DNA of 58,220 nt, taken from positions 1 to 58,220 of IMG/VR virus record IMGVR_UViG_3300043486_000004; one strand, 5' to 3'. This DNA comes from a virus. Taxonomy: Duplodnaviria; Caudoviricetes. The position numbers and the translations under genes are program-made. Shown here piece by piece: positions 44,570-54,392 of the stretch. The notes beneath the pieces were generated by a model that did not search any database, was not told the DNA's origin, and saw only the letters and a program-made list of their open reading frames with translations. The number at the start of each line of letters is the position of its first letter. Positions within the stretch are counted from its first letter, which is position 1.

Positions 44570-47206
44570 TCAGTCTTGTCCAGAGTGCGCCATCGCAGCC
44601 GCGATCTTGTACTTCCCGTTGGGTTGTTCGCTCAGCAACCGCTCGACCTTGCCACAGACGGTGCCGTAGCGAAGGGCCTCTTCCAAGAGGATGCCCAAGT
44701 CTATCTCGACCCAGCGCGCTCGGCCAGTGCCAAAGCTCAGTTTTTTGTTTCCGTTGGGACTTGTGATCGCAAACTGACGCAAAACCTGGCCTGTGCGAGG
44801 CAGGCTGATCTCCTCGTGGATGCCGTGCATAGGCCCCATGATGTAATCGTGGACGCCGGCAGCCGTGACGAATACTCGGCTCTTCCAAATCGTGAGGGCA
44901 TTTTTGTTTCCGTTGTTCCCTTCGATCATCTTGATGAGGGCCTTCACCACGGCTTGTGAGCTGGAGCTACGCAGGCGCATGCCGCGCACAAGCGAGGTCT
45001 CTACTTCACCCTCCACCAGGAGCCGGCCGCTGCCGTACGGGTCCGTTGTGCGGTTCTCGTACAGCCAACGGATGTGGCCAGCGAGTTTGTACTGGCTCTT
45101 GTGCTTGCCCTGGACCCAGCCTGAAGTGAAGCGATAGTTTCCGTGCGCTGTCAGGTAATCGCGCGCCTTTGGCCCAACCTCGATCGACAGCAAGCGAATC
45201 TCCACGGCCCGAATGTCATCGTCGGTGAGGTCACGGTGCCCGACGATCGAGCGGAGAATGTCTTTGTCATTCGACGTAAACAAAATACGAGGGTAGATCC
45301 TCGCCATGAACGGGTTCTGGTACATGGAGCGGATCATTACGTTTCCGCCAGAGACCATCGTTCGGAATGCTTGATCGAGCGGTAGCGCTTCGTCGCTCTT
45401 GATGTTCGGCACGCCTTCGTCGCAATTCACCACGGGTGTGTCGAGCAAGCCGGCGTTGTATTTGCCAAGGGCCGTGCCATTGTTGAACTTTTCGCCGGCA
45501 AAGCATTCGGCCAGGCCTGCCGCAAGCATCCCTTTACCTGTGCCTGGGGCTCCGAACAGATTCAGCGCGCAGATCGGCGCGTTTGTTTCCAAGGCCCAGG
45601 CCAGCCACATGATTCCAAGGTCGTACTTGTCCCCAAAGAAGATCTCGAGCCACTTCTCTACCTCTTCGTCATACTTCGGCTCAACCTTTTTGTTTAGGCT
45701 GTGGACAGGCATGTTCAAGAGCCGATGCCCAGGATCACCTTCGATGTAAGCGGTCTTGATCGTGGCTGAACAAACAATGGCCGAGATCGGCGTGGCGTGG
45801 TCGTTCAAGATCGATTGCGCGCTGCGCACAGTCCATGTCTTGCCGCGCATCTCGTGGGTCTCAATCACATTCTCCATGCCCAGCTCGCGAATCATCGGAA
45901 TGAGCATCGAATCACCCACGGGCCGGATGTTGTAGCTGCCGTCTGTCCGCATGATGTGGTGCAAGCGACCGTCGCTTGCGACCATGCGCTGGCGGAACCA
46001 GGCATCGGCCTCTTCCTCGTCGTCAGGAACATCCTCTGGCCTGTCTGCCTTGATTTGTTTGATTAGTTCTTCGCGAGTTTGCTTGCCCTTCTGGATCGCC
46101 TTCTCGGCCTCGCGATTCTCTGCCTCGATCTGGGCTGACTCGTTGGCCCACATCCGGCAGATGATGTCCCAGGCGATTTGGTGCCAGTCATTACCTTCCT
46201 CATCCTCAACCTGCATTTGCTCCAATGCGCTGAAGAGCAAGGCATAGATACCCTCAGGCGTTGCTTCAGGCTGGCGCGCTGTCATGCCGATGATCTGACC
46301 AGAGATCTTTACGATTGCATTGTTTCTGCCGTTGAACTTCTTGGAGTCCAGCTTGGCATGCCTGAAACAAATGTCGTAGGACTCGCGGCCGTCCAGGTAC
46401 TTCTTGGCTACCTTTACCCAGTCGCTATCGTAGCTCTTTTTGTTTCCTCCGACCTTGACTAGTAGAGCATCAACCTCTTCGACGCTGGGTAGCTCCCCAC
46501 TGTAGGCATCGACCTCGGCGAACACATCGCCCTCGGTCTTGTCGTTTGCCTCGATCGTCTCCGGATCAAGCGCTGGCCCGCCGTTCAAGAAAACAAATCG
46601 ATCGTCGTTTGAGTAGCGCCGGCCGGTGTCCTCGCGCACCGTGCGAGGCAGACGGAATAGTCGTGTCCAATCGTCGCAGGACTTGTCCAGCTCGATCCCT
46701 GCCGCCTTGTATTTATCGCGGATCGAACGCGCCATCGACTCAGCGGTGAGATGGTCAACCGGCGTTTCCAGCACATAAACAAATCGACTGCCGTGGAGGG
46801 TCGTGTACCAGCAAGAGGGAGGAGGGAGGTCGGCCTGAGCGAGCAAACTGGTGAACTCGCCCAGGCCTTCCTCGGTCCACTCTTGCTTAGCGTCCCCTTG
46901 CTTCGGCAAATCGTGGTCAAACACCATCATGGTGACAGCGACTTTGCCGCCCTTGCGGAGCAGCTCGGCCGTGAAACCAGAGCGTTTCGTGACTCGAGCG
47001 TACAGCGGTTCGCCGTCCTCGTCCTCGAGTCTGTAAACAATAAAGTGTGCGTCTTGGTCCCAGTCGCGCTTGAAAGCTTCCTCTAGCGGAAGGTGTTCAT
47101 CGCATAGGTATCTGCCGGCTGTATCTGGGCCGAGGTCCGAGAGCTTGTGGGCTCCAGGAGCTTTCTCTCGGTCGAAAATAATGCCGACGATCGGACCAGA
47201 TTTCAT
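44570..47206 (-). CDS. Primase(-polymerase)/helicase
   Basis: N-terminal DHD, YTTLHGSR, DWTRLFRLP (AEP-like); P-loop GAPGTGKG, CDEG, FTSN. Track start 47242. Confidence 0.85.
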   Translation of the reverse strand: MKSGPIVGIIFDREKAPGAHKLSDLGPDTAGRYLCDEHLPLEEAFKRDWDQDAHFIVYRLEDEDGEPLYARVTKRSGFTAELLRKGGKVAVTMMVFDHDLPKQGDAKQEWTEEGLGEFTSLLAQADLPPPSCWYTTLHGSRFVYVLETPVDHLTAESMARSIRDKYKAAGIELDKSCDDWTRLFRLPRTVREDTGRRYSNDDRFVFLNGGPALDPETIEANDKTEGDVFAEVDAYSGELPSVEEVDALLVKVGGNKKSYDSDWVKVAKKYLDGRESYDICFRHAKLDSKKFNGRNNAIVKISGQIIGMTARQPEATPEGIYALLFSALEQMQVEDEEGNDWHQIAWDIICRMWANESAQIEAENREAEKAIQKGKQTREELIKQIKADRPEDVPDDEEEADAWFRQRMVASDGRLHHIMRTDGSYNIRPVGDSMLIPMIRELGMENVIETHEMRGKTWTVRSAQSILNDHATPISAIVCSATIKTAYIEGDPGHRLLNMPVHSLNKKVEPKYDEEVEKWLEIFFGDKYDLGIMWLAWALETNAPICALNLFGAPGTGKGMLAAGLAECFAGEKFNNGTALGKYNAGLLDTPVVNCDEGVPNIKSDEALPLDQAFRTMVSGGNVMIRSMYQNPFMARIYPRILFTSNDKDILRSIVGHRDLTDDDIRAVEIRLLSIEVGPKARDYLTAHGNYRFTSGWVQGKHKSQYKLAGHIRWLYENRTTDPYGSGRLLVEGEVETSLVRGMRLRSSSSQAVVKALIKMIEGNNGNKNALTIWKSRVFVTAAGVHDYIMGPMHGIHEEISLPRTGQVLRQFAITSPNGNKKLSFGTGRARWVEIDLGILLEEALRYGTVCGKVERLLSEQPNGKYKIAAAMAHSGQD

Positions 47207-47327
47207 GCGTCGAAGGGGAGCAACGCGCGAAGCGCAGGACACTTCGCCCTGTCACCAGACAAGGCGGGCGCGCAGCATAGGTAGGGGAAACGGAGAAGGC
47301 GAACACAAGCGCGGAAATCCGCGCCGA

Positions 47328-47924
47328 CTACTGGGTGATCTTCGCGAATTGCTCAGGCGTAAGTTCTGCCTGTAGCCTCTTGACACCCAGGTAAGTAATG
47401 ATCGCTTCGTCGATCGTTCCGCCCCATTGTTTCCAATCGTCGTGCTTGATGCGCTCGACCAGCCACAGCCCCTCTTCGTGTTGCAAGACGATAGGGTAAT
47501 CGGCCAGGAGATCAGCCATCAATCTCATTGTTTGCCCATCAGGTACTTCCAAAGGGCGAAGTGTTGCCTTCCATCTAGATACCGGCCCCTCGGGAACGAG
47601 TAGGCAATCCTCGAGGTATCGGATGCGGGCCTTGAGCTTGACGATTTCTTCGTCTCGCGCGTCCGGACCCTGGGGCAAAATTGGGTCTTGACCAGATTCT
47701 GGAATTGTTTGCGTGCTAAGTCGGCCACTGTCTTGCTCCACAGCCTGGATAGGCGAGCACACCCCGAGGGCTTGCGGTTGTTCCGGCGTTTCCTGTTCGA
47801 TTTGTACCAACCTTGCCTCGCCTGTCTTGGGGCTATGTTGCGCGAGCAAATAGCCGGTACAGGCAGCAGCGCAGGAAATCAGCAGGACTTTGAGAGCCAG
47901 AACAAACGCGCTCGGGGTGTGCAT
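47328..47924 (-). CDS. Membrane-anchored hypothetical protein
   Basis: Hydrophobic N-terminus. Confidence 0.7.
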   Translation of the reverse strand: MHTPSAFVLALKVLLISCAAACTGYLLAQHSPKTGEARLVQIEQETPEQPQALGVCSPIQAVEQDSGRLSTQTIPESGQDPILPQGPDARDEEIVKLKARIRYLEDCLLVPEGPVSRWKATLRPLEVPDGQTMRLMADLLADYPIVLQHEEGLWLVERIKHDDWKQWGGTIDEAIITYLGVKRLQAELTPEQFAKITQ

Positions 47925-47945
47925 GGGATGCCTCTTTGTTTCAGT

Positions 47946-48410
47946 CTAGGTGTGGAACACGGCGCTTGAGCCAGGGGGAAGATCGACGCTGCCGCCGCTG
48001 GGCAGAGTGACATGGCAGTTGTTGCCGTTGTTTGCGTTGTTGACGGTAGCCGTGCTGCCGCCTGCGATGTTCACCGTGCCGCCGTCGGTGTTGATCGTCA
48101 CCGTGTTGGTGGCTCCGATGTCGGTCGTGTCGTTGGAATCAAGTCCGCTCACAGAGCCCTTGAATCCGCTCTTGGTGACGACGCTGGTTTTGCTGTCCTT
48201 GTCGCCGTACTTCGGGTTGATGCGCGCAGTGCCGCCCGAGTTGGCATCGTTGATGACGTTGACGCCATCCAAGTTCGTCCATTCCGCGCCGACCAGGATC
48301 GTCCAATTCGAGGGCAAGCTGCCGATTGCGCTGCCGCCTTCGAAGGCGGACGCAAACAATGACATGCACAGGAGCAGCGCGGTAACGAGACAGAATCGCA
48401 GAGAGTTCAT
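47946..48410 (-). CDS. Secreted G/S/T/N-rich beta protein
   Basis: Signal peptide ending ASA; repetitive beta-strand pattern. Confidence 0.7.
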   Translation of the reverse strand: MNSLRFCLVTALLLCMSLFASAFEGGSAIGSLPSNWTILVGAEWTNLDGVNVINDANSGGTARINPKYGDKDSKTSVVTKSGFKGSVSGLDSNDTTDIGATNTVTINTDGGTVNIAGGSTATVNNANNGNNCHVTLPSGGSVDLPPGSSAVFHT

Positions 48411-48664
48411 GTGGTTCCTTTGTTGCAGGTTTTGAAGGCTCTGGGACCAGAGCCGGACTGCACCAACGCTACGCCTCTCTTCGGATACCGGAGGGTGATT
48501 TCCTGAATTATTTGCGCCTCGGTCCTGCCGGCGTTAGCCCTAACTTGGGCGAATCCCTGGCAGCTCTCGGCGCAGTGCCTACAGAAGCGGTGCTGTGTGC
48601 CTGGCAGGGTCTGCATCTCCCGGTGCTCCAGAACGATGCCACAGCTATCGCAGGGGGACTTCAT
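48407..48664 (-). CDS. Small Zn-finger protein
   Basis: CDSC...CRHC; ATGA overlaps on both sides. Confidence 0.6.
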   Translation of the reverse strand: MKSPCDSCGIVLEHREMQTLPGTQHRFCRHCAESCQGFAQVRANAGRTEAQIIQEITLRYPKRGVALVQSGSGPRAFKTCNKGTT

Positions 48665-48963
48665 TGCCCCGTGAGTTCGCCCTTCATGCGTGCCTCGAGG
48701 TCTAGCGGAGCGACCTTGGCAGGTACTGGGCCTGAGAGTTCAGGCACCACGGAAGGCTTCAGCGTCAGCCCATCCGGATCGCTGCCCTTGCGCTCGGCTT
48801 GAGCGAAGGCATGTTCAATGCACTTGAACAAAGGATGCTTGATAGCTGCCTCAGGCTCGAGGTCTTGCAGGTACTTGAACACGGCAAGAGCGCGTTCGCG
48901 CGGGCCGAGATGGACTGCCGGCGAATCCGGCTGTGGATAGGTGCGATGTACTTGGAAGGTCAT
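48661..48963 (-). CDS. Hypothetical protein
   Basis: AAACA-ATG start overlapping the upstream stop. Confidence 0.6.
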   Translation of the reverse strand: MTFQVHRTYPQPDSPAVHLGPRERALAVFKYLQDLEPEAAIKHPLFKCIEHAFAQAERKGSDPDGLTLKPSVVPELSGPVPAKVAPLDLEARMKGELTGQ

Positions 48964-49205
48964 TGTTTGCCAGGCACAGAGGTGAGTGTTTCGGAGATTG
49001 TTTTCATGGGCCTTGGCGTTGTGGTTTGTCTTGGACAGTCCAGACAACGCATGAAGCCCTGGGGGATGCGCGATGTGCTCACGTTCTGGACGTGGCCGCA
49101 CGCTAGAGTCAGATTCACGAACGAACCCTTGTGCTGTCGCGGCTTGCCGTCAGGCTCTACAGAAACAACTAATCGCCACGGATGAGCACTAGGATTTCGA
49201 GGCAT
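48960..49205 (-). CDS. Small Zn-binding hypothetical protein
   Basis: LACGH...CLDC. Confidence 0.55.
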   Translation of the reverse strand: MPRNPSAHPWRLVVSVEPDGKPRQHKGSFVNLTLACGHVQNVSTSRIPQGFMRCLDCPRQTTTPRPMKTISETLTSVPGKQ

Positions 49206-49362
49206 ACGTGATAACCTTTTTGAAAGCTTCCTGGCCTTTGCGAGCGCCGCCGTAGATGGCTTCAAAAACAAAGCCGACTAGATAGCCGGCTATGATGAGA
49301 AGTCCGAAGGGGAGGGCCAGCACCAATGCAAGGATGCAGGCGAAGATTTGGACCGCTTTCAT
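49189..49362 (-). CDS. Small membrane protein
   Basis: MKAVQIFACILALVLALPFGLLIIAGYLVGFVF. Confidence 0.6.
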   Translation of the reverse strand: MKAVQIFACILALVLALPFGLLIIAGYLVGFVFEAIYGGARKGQEAFKKVITYASKS

Positions 49363-49366
49363 CGTC

Positions 49367-49702
49367 TCACAGCGGGGGCAGGCTATCGGGGACTTGGACG
49401 CCTGTGAATGAGTCTGGCCGGAAGCCGCCGAATTGTTTGCAGGCCTCTGAGTGGTGCTCCAGGTTGTGCTCGATAATGTCGGCCTCGAGCCTGTAGTTCT
49501 CGGCGCGTAGGCGCTCGAGTTCGATCTGAGTCTTGAGGAGCTTTTCCACGACCTCTGTATCCGAGGGATTGGTGCCCCGTATGGCATCTTTGTTCTGTTT
49601 GTACTGAAGAATCCGAAGCTCAGTGTTGAGCTTCAAAGATTGCACAAACAAAAGCTCATGCCGCTGGCCTAACTCCTCACAGGAGTATTTGCGCTTGTCC
49701 AT
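49367..49702 (-). CDS. Coiled-coil hypothetical protein
   Basis: 111-aa ORF in the operon. Confidence 0.65.
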   Translation of the reverse strand: MDKRKYSCEELGQRHELLFVQSLKLNTELRILQYKQNKDAIRGTNPSDTEVVEKLLKTQIELERLRAENYRLEADIIEHNLEHHSEACKQFGGFRPDSFTGVQVPDSLPPL

Positions 49703-49714
49703 GGCTCTAGTTCT

Positions 49715-50041
49715 TTACGCCGACTTCGGCGTGCTGGCGAAGAAGACTTGAGCGGCCACGGCCATGGAACCTTGGATTGCCCCAAGGATGTGTCTGTGGT
49801 CAGGATGGCTGCCGCTGAGTCCGGCGAACTTCTTGACCTCATCGCGGGCCTTGATGATTTCAAGGTCCATCTTGTGATCGTTCCAGTCGGCAGTGCTGAA
49901 GGCCAACTGGCACAATTCATCTACCTGATCGGCCATGAAGTCGGCGATCGAATCGAAGGGCTGGCCAAGCTCTTCGCTCGTCTCGTTCAAGATGCTCCGC
50001 AACAAGTGGCGGAAAACTTGAGTCATTCTCTTTCGGTGCAT
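49715..50041 (-). CDS. Hypothetical protein, paralog of 3537-3821
   Basis: ILNET..L...IADFM and ILGAIQG.MAVAA match 3537-3821. Confidence 0.7.
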   Translation of the reverse strand: MHRKRMTQVFRHLLRSILNETSEELGQPFDSIADFMADQVDELCQLAFSTADWNDHKMDLEIIKARDEVKKFAGLSGSHPDHRHILGAIQGSMAVAAQVFFASTPKSA

Positions 50042-50050
50042 GGGGATCTC

Positions 50051-51019
50051 CTAGTGGCTGTAACCCTTGCTCAGCTTGGTGATAAGTGTCGTCGTGTGGG
50101 ACCCAAGCACGCGACGGCGAATCTCGCCATCGATCCCGGTGCAGGGCATGATCTTGACATGGCAATTGTCCATGTCGTGGAGCACCACGGTGCCGCCAGG
50201 CTGTTTGAACAGGCAGGGCTCCATGAAGGCATCCGCAACGTTGCGGAATTGGACGATCTCCCTGTCAGGGGCCGGATAGTCGAACGAGCAACGCTTGATG
50301 TGTGCGCGTTCGCGGTCCTGGATCAGGATGCCGCCCGTGGACAAACAATGCCGGCCGCCGCTTGCGTCGTGCGGATAGTAGCCCCCGACGAATTCACCGT
50401 TGATGTACTCGAGGTCAGTCTTGGAGCGGACCAAGTGACCCTTCTGAGGGTTCCCTTGCGGAGTCAGAATCAAAGGTCCGTCCGGATAGTATTCCCGAAT
50501 GTTTTCGTCCCACGCAAACATTGACGAAGACCATGTTTGCCGCGTCCCGGTCGGAAGTGCGTTGTCGAGCCACTTGCAATTTTGGAAGCTCACCAAGCAC
50601 GCTACGTTGTCGGCGCGTCCGCCGATGGAGTCCATCTCACGTTGCGCGCCCTGGTTCCCTGAGCTGCCGTTGCCCTCGAAAATGCAATCGAGAAACAGCA
50701 TGTCGCCTGCCCATCCGCAGTAGTCTCCGTGCTCTTGACGGCCGTTGCGGAACTTGACGCGCACCACGCGCCTACGGCGTCGATTGAACGTGCGCGACGG
50801 CCATTTCTGACCCTTCTGTTTGAGAGCATTCTCTGGCGTGGCTCGTTCGTCAGGATCGCCCGAGAACAAACAATCCTCTTCGAGCGAATCGTCTACGTAG
50901 CCGGCTTGCATCGAACCAATGACCCCAACCTGTCCAGCGATCAGTACGTGCGTGTCGCGCACTACGAAGCCTTTGCCTGCGGGGAGCTTCAATCCTTTGC
51001 GAACGGTTGTGTAGGTCAT
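50051..51019 (-). CDS. Putative right-handed beta-helix protein
   Basis: Recurring FLDCIFEGN / FQNCKWLDN / IKRCSFD strands. Confidence 0.55.
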   Translation of the reverse strand: MTYTTVRKGLKLPAGKGFVVRDTHVLIAGQVGVIGSMQAGYVDDSLEEDCLFSGDPDERATPENALKQKGQKWPSRTFNRRRRRVVRVKFRNGRQEHGDYCGWAGDMLFLDCIFEGNGSSGNQGAQREMDSIGGRADNVACLVSFQNCKWLDNALPTGTRQTWSSSMFAWDENIREYYPDGPLILTPQGNPQKGHLVRSKTDLEYINGEFVGGYYPHDASGGRHCLSTGGILIQDRERAHIKRCSFDYPAPDREIVQFRNVADAFMEPCLFKQPGGTVVLHDMDNCHVKIMPCTGIDGEIRRRVLGSHTTTLITKLSKGYSH

Positions 51020-51070
51020 GCGATGCAGTTTTGGGTTCGGTGTAGCGCGAGCAAGGCCCTGAGTCTGTAC

Positions 51071-51313
51071 CTACTTCCCACGATGCGCAAGCCTTGGCAC
51101 GTCGTTTTTATTTGGACGGTATCCAGCGAGAATCAGGGGGTCGCAGCGGGCCGGTAGCTCTTTCCACACGCGCTGTGCCTCCCTGAGCGAGCGCATGGGT
51201 AAACCGTCATTGAGGAACACATAGCCCTCCTCTGGTGAGGGTTTGGCCGCCACAAAGAACACCTGAGGATGCAGGCGCTTTGTTTGGTAGCCGGTAGTTT
51301 TACCTATACCCAT
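51071..51313 (-). CDS. Hypothetical protein
   Basis: 80-aa ORF after the terminator. Confidence 0.5.
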   Translation of the reverse strand: MGIGKTTGYQTKRLHPQVFFVAAKPSPEEGYVFLNDGLPMRSLREAQRVWKELPARCDPLILAGYRPNKNDVPRLAHRGK

Positions 51314-51329
51314 GCGGATGACCTCTTGA

Positions 51330-51408
51330 CAAAAAGAAGGCGAGGGATCAGGGCGGGAAGGGGCTCAGGATCCCCTTCACTGGCTCAGCAAGCCCCCTGA
51401 TCCCTCGC
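51330..51408 (-). terminator. Branched hairpin terminator
   Basis: 14-bp perfect arms at 51340-51353 and 51395-51408, an internal GAAGGGG/CCCCTTC stem, and a CUUCUUUUU tail on the minus strand. Confidence 0.7.
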
Positions 51409-51444
51409 TGGATTTGTTCGCGTCCGGCGAGTCAGTTGTTGCAG

Positions 51445-52092
51445 TTAGCAGAGAATCGGATGGCAGGCAAGCAATTGCTGCATGTAGACCCAACCGCAAA
51501 CAGAGATATTGTTTGCGTAGTCGATGGCGAGGGTTAGAGCTGCGGCATCGAATTCAGCCTTGGCCGTGGCGCACTTGTCCTTGTAATTTTGTCGGCAGTA
51601 CGGACCGTTGTTGTTGGTGGCTGCCATGCAATCCGTAACCTGGAGCGCTGCATTGGTACACTTGGTCCCATAGTCACTCAATAGCAACTGGTAAGCGGCG
51701 CAGGCTTGGTTGTTCCAGTGAGCACAACATTGCGCATAGTTCCAGTAGGCAGTCGCGAGACAAATGTAGTCGGGACATTCATCCCACCCACAGGGGGGCG
51801 AGTACAGGCTCGGTCCCAAAATTGCCGCGCCGCAGTAAGGGTTGTCGAACATATCCGCAGGCGGTGGCGCGGGAGCAGGCGGCGGGGGTTGAGGAGGGTT
51901 GGTGGGAATCGGAAACGCAGGCGGGGGAATCGGAGGGCCGCCGTTGCCCGTGGGCGGATACGGGGTTTGATCGTCCACCAGGGCAGTCATGGGGGACGTT
52001 GCCTGAGCTTGGGAGGTTGGCCACGCAAACGCGAACAATGTGACAAGAGCACAGACAGTAAGCGCGAACGGAAACAATCGAGACATTTTCAT
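51445..52092 (-). CDS. Secreted Pro-rich/Cys-rich protein
   Basis: Signal peptide, poly-Pro linker, Cys-rich helical domain. Confidence 0.75.
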   Translation of the reverse strand: MKMSRLFPFALTVCALVTLFAFAWPTSQAQATSPMTALVDDQTPYPPTGNGGPPIPPPAFPIPTNPPQPPPPAPAPPPADMFDNPYCGAAILGPSLYSPPCGWDECPDYICLATAYWNYAQCCAHWNNQACAAYQLLLSDYGTKCTNAALQVTDCMAATNNNGPYCRQNYKDKCATAKAEFDAAALTLAIDYANNISVCGWVYMQQLLACHPILC

Positions 52093-52133
52093 TGTGTAGA
52101 CCTCGGGAATGGGTTGCGGAAAATCGAACAGTC

Positions 52134-52589
52134 CTAGACTTTGCCAGATTGAGCCTGTTCCATCAAGTCAAGCAAGCAAATCCATTCTTGAATCAGTGCG
52201 GCCGTGTGGACAAGCTCGAGCCGGCGCGTGGATGTGTCCAGCGTGGCAAGTCCGCTCCACAAGTGTTCCATGACCAGACGGTGCCAGGTGTAGCCGCCTT
52301 GGCTCTTCGCGATGAATGCTTCCTGCTGGATCGTGTCCACCATGCGGACGGCAAAGTCCAGGAATGCAGTTGTGCCTTGCGGCGCAAAGTCGCTAGGAGT
52401 CTGGCACAAAAGTTCCAGCTCGGGGCTTCGGATCTCGATTTGTTTTGTCCAAATCGCCAGTTGCGTACGGATCGCACGGTTCCGAGTCGCGAGTTGCTGC
52501 ATCAAGGTGAAGTAGTCATCCACCTTGGAAGTCATGTCTGGGGGAACAGGGTGCATTGGGGCCTCGGGGCAGTCGGGGGACGGGGCCAT
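52134..52589 (-). CDS. Hypothetical protein
   Basis: 151-aa ORF; YTW..LVME..ELVHTAALIQEWI helical motif. Confidence 0.65.
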   Translation of the reverse strand: MAPSPDCPEAPMHPVPPDMTSKVDDYFTLMQQLATRNRAIRTQLAIWTKQIEIRSPELELLCQTPSDFAPQGTTAFLDFAVRMVDTIQQEAFIAKSQGGYTWHRLVMEHLWSGLATLDTSTRRLELVHTAALIQEWICLLDLMEQAQSGKV

Positions 52590-52591
52590 GC

Positions 52592-53200
52592 CTAGGCTTC
52601 CTTGAAGGCCTCAGGCGCGTTGCCACGGTACGGGGTCTGACCTCCGGAGCGCAAGGGCCAGAGCCACACGTAAGGCACCACAGGCAGCCCCTTGCGCTCT
52701 TGCCGACGCTGAAGCGCTAGGGCTCGCGCCCTGGCTTGTCGTGCGTCGCCCGGAGCGACCACGCGCAGCCCCATGGGGTAACTGACGCCGGCCTTCCGGC
52801 CACCCCTGGACTTCAGGCGCATGTTATCGACGTAGGTGTACTCACCTTTCCCGTGGCTGATACTGGCAATCCCCTTGTCCATGGAAACAAATACACCACA
52901 GGACCGCATGGTACTCCTCGTGAGTAATGTTTGCCAGCCGCCAGAGTCGAGCCCAATGTCATCATTGGGGTAGAACGTCACCACATCCGTGTCATAGACG
53001 CGAACAACAAAGGTATCCCCGTCGATGCTGCCAACGTCCAAGGTTGCAGTTGCCGAAAGCTTGCATTGTTTCTTGCGCGAGTCTCCGAAGCGGCCCATGA
53101 TGGCCTGCGCTTCGTCGTACGACGTGGGGAATTCGAAGTATTTGTTACCGCCCCTAGCTTGGGGCGCGTTGTAGCGCTGCATTGCGAAGCCCCCGCTCAT
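52592..53200 (-). CDS. Conserved phage early protein
   Basis: VRVYDTDVVT...LDSGGWQTLLTR motif. Confidence 0.7.
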   Translation of the reverse strand: MSGGFAMQRYNAPQARGGNKYFEFPTSYDEAQAIMGRFGDSRKKQCKLSATATLDVGSIDGDTFVVRVYDTDVVTFYPNDDIGLDSGGWQTLLTRSTMRSCGVFVSMDKGIASISHGKGEYTYVDNMRLKSRGGRKAGVSYPMGLRVVAPGDARQARARALALQRRQERKGLPVVPYVWLWPLRSGGQTPYRGNAPEAFKEA

Positions 53201-53400
53201 CGAAGTATCCTCGTCACGTCCATGACTATCTCATTCCCTGGGCAACGCTCGCCCTCTGCCTGTTCGCGAGTGCTGAAGACTTTGGCATTCTGGAGCGAGC
53301 GCGTGTAGCTCCCGCCGCCGCTTCGGTTTTTGTTCATGTCGGCGACATAGTAGCCGGCAGGGTACCTTCCGTTGTACTCTGTCAGGACGATAACGTACAT
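53197..53400 (-). CDS. Hypothetical protein
   Basis: SYTRSLQNAKVFSTREQAE. Confidence 0.65.
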   Translation of the reverse strand: MYVIVLTEYNGRYPAGYYVADMNKNRSGGGSYTRSLQNAKVFSTREQAEGERCPGNEIVMDVTRILR

Positions 53401-53403
53401 AGC

Positions 53404-54321
53404 TCATGCTTCCTTTGTTTCTTGGTATGGCACAGGTTTTAGGTAACCGGCGCGCTCCAGCGATTGCAGCGCGCTACGGATTGCACAGGCAGGGCCTACA
53501 GCCATGCGCGCATTGTCCGCCTCTTCCTTTGGGGCGAGCTTAGCGAGCAGTTTGAACGCGATTGTTTCGAACGCTTCGGCAGTCACTTCGATGATCGGGA
53601 AGTGGCTACAGTCCTCGCTGTGATTCAGCCGCGCATTATCGTTCCAGATCTGCGGCCGTCCGCACTCCGGGCAATCGTCCGAACACTTGCCTTCCTCGCG
53701 CATGTAACTCTTCGTATCGAGGAGTTTGTTCCAGTCGGCCGATAGATCGGCGCGCATGGCAGCCGCCATTGTTTCCAGTGCTTCGGCTGCCTTGTCTGTG
53801 CCGGCGAAGGCGTTAGGAAGTGTCTTGGCGCGCTCGCGGAACTTGGCCATGTTCTCAGGAGTCGCCGGCCCTAGTTCCTGCCACGTCCAAAGGTGCGCTG
53901 TGCCGAGTTGCAATCGAACGCACCCCTCGAGAACTTTCCAGCTCCAGCCTGAGCCAGAGTGTCGCGAGCGCTCCAGTCCGATGGCCTTGGAAAGCACTTG
54001 ATCGGCCAGGTTGGCGAATTTCCAATAGCCCCCTGCGTTGTCTTTCGCGCCTCCGAAAGTTCCGCCCCAATGTCCGTGAAAGTACAGCACGCGCGCAGCG
54101 TAGGCGAGGCGATCGGGCGGGATGGCCTCGAACCGCTCGCGCAGCTCTTCAGGCATAGGCACGTCCAAGTCCTGCCCTTGGTGGAGATCTTTGTACTTGG
54201 CGCTACAGAGCGCCCCGTAGATCCACAGTGCGTCGGCGCTCAAGGCCTTCAGCACCGGCATGATGAGGTCCGCGAGCGCGGCCTTGTAGTCGAATCGTAA
54301 TTGTTTCTGTGTGGTTCCCAT
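53404..54321 (-). CDS. Hypothetical early protein
   Basis: 305-aa ORF with CPEC motif. Confidence 0.75.
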   Translation of the reverse strand: MGTTQKQLRFDYKAALADLIMPVLKALSADALWIYGALCSAKYKDLHQGQDLDVPMPEELRERFEAIPPDRLAYAARVLYFHGHWGGTFGGAKDNAGGYWKFANLADQVLSKAIGLERSRHSGSGWSWKVLEGCVRLQLGTAHLWTWQELGPATPENMAKFRERAKTLPNAFAGTDKAAEALETMAAAMRADLSADWNKLLDTKSYMREEGKCSDDCPECGRPQIWNDNARLNHSEDCSHFPIIEVTAEAFETIAFKLLAKLAPKEEADNARMAVGPACAIRSALQSLERAGYLKPVPYQETKEA

Positions 54322-54364
54322 AGTCGAGTGTGGGTCAGTTGTTTGAGGTCAAGTCCTGAGCTGA

Positions 54365-54392
54365 AGTGTACTGCGTCCGCGCCACATTTCAA
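54365..54392 (-). promoter_or_regulatory. Sigma70-like early promoter
   Basis: TTGAAA-N16-TACACT. Confidence 0.55.
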
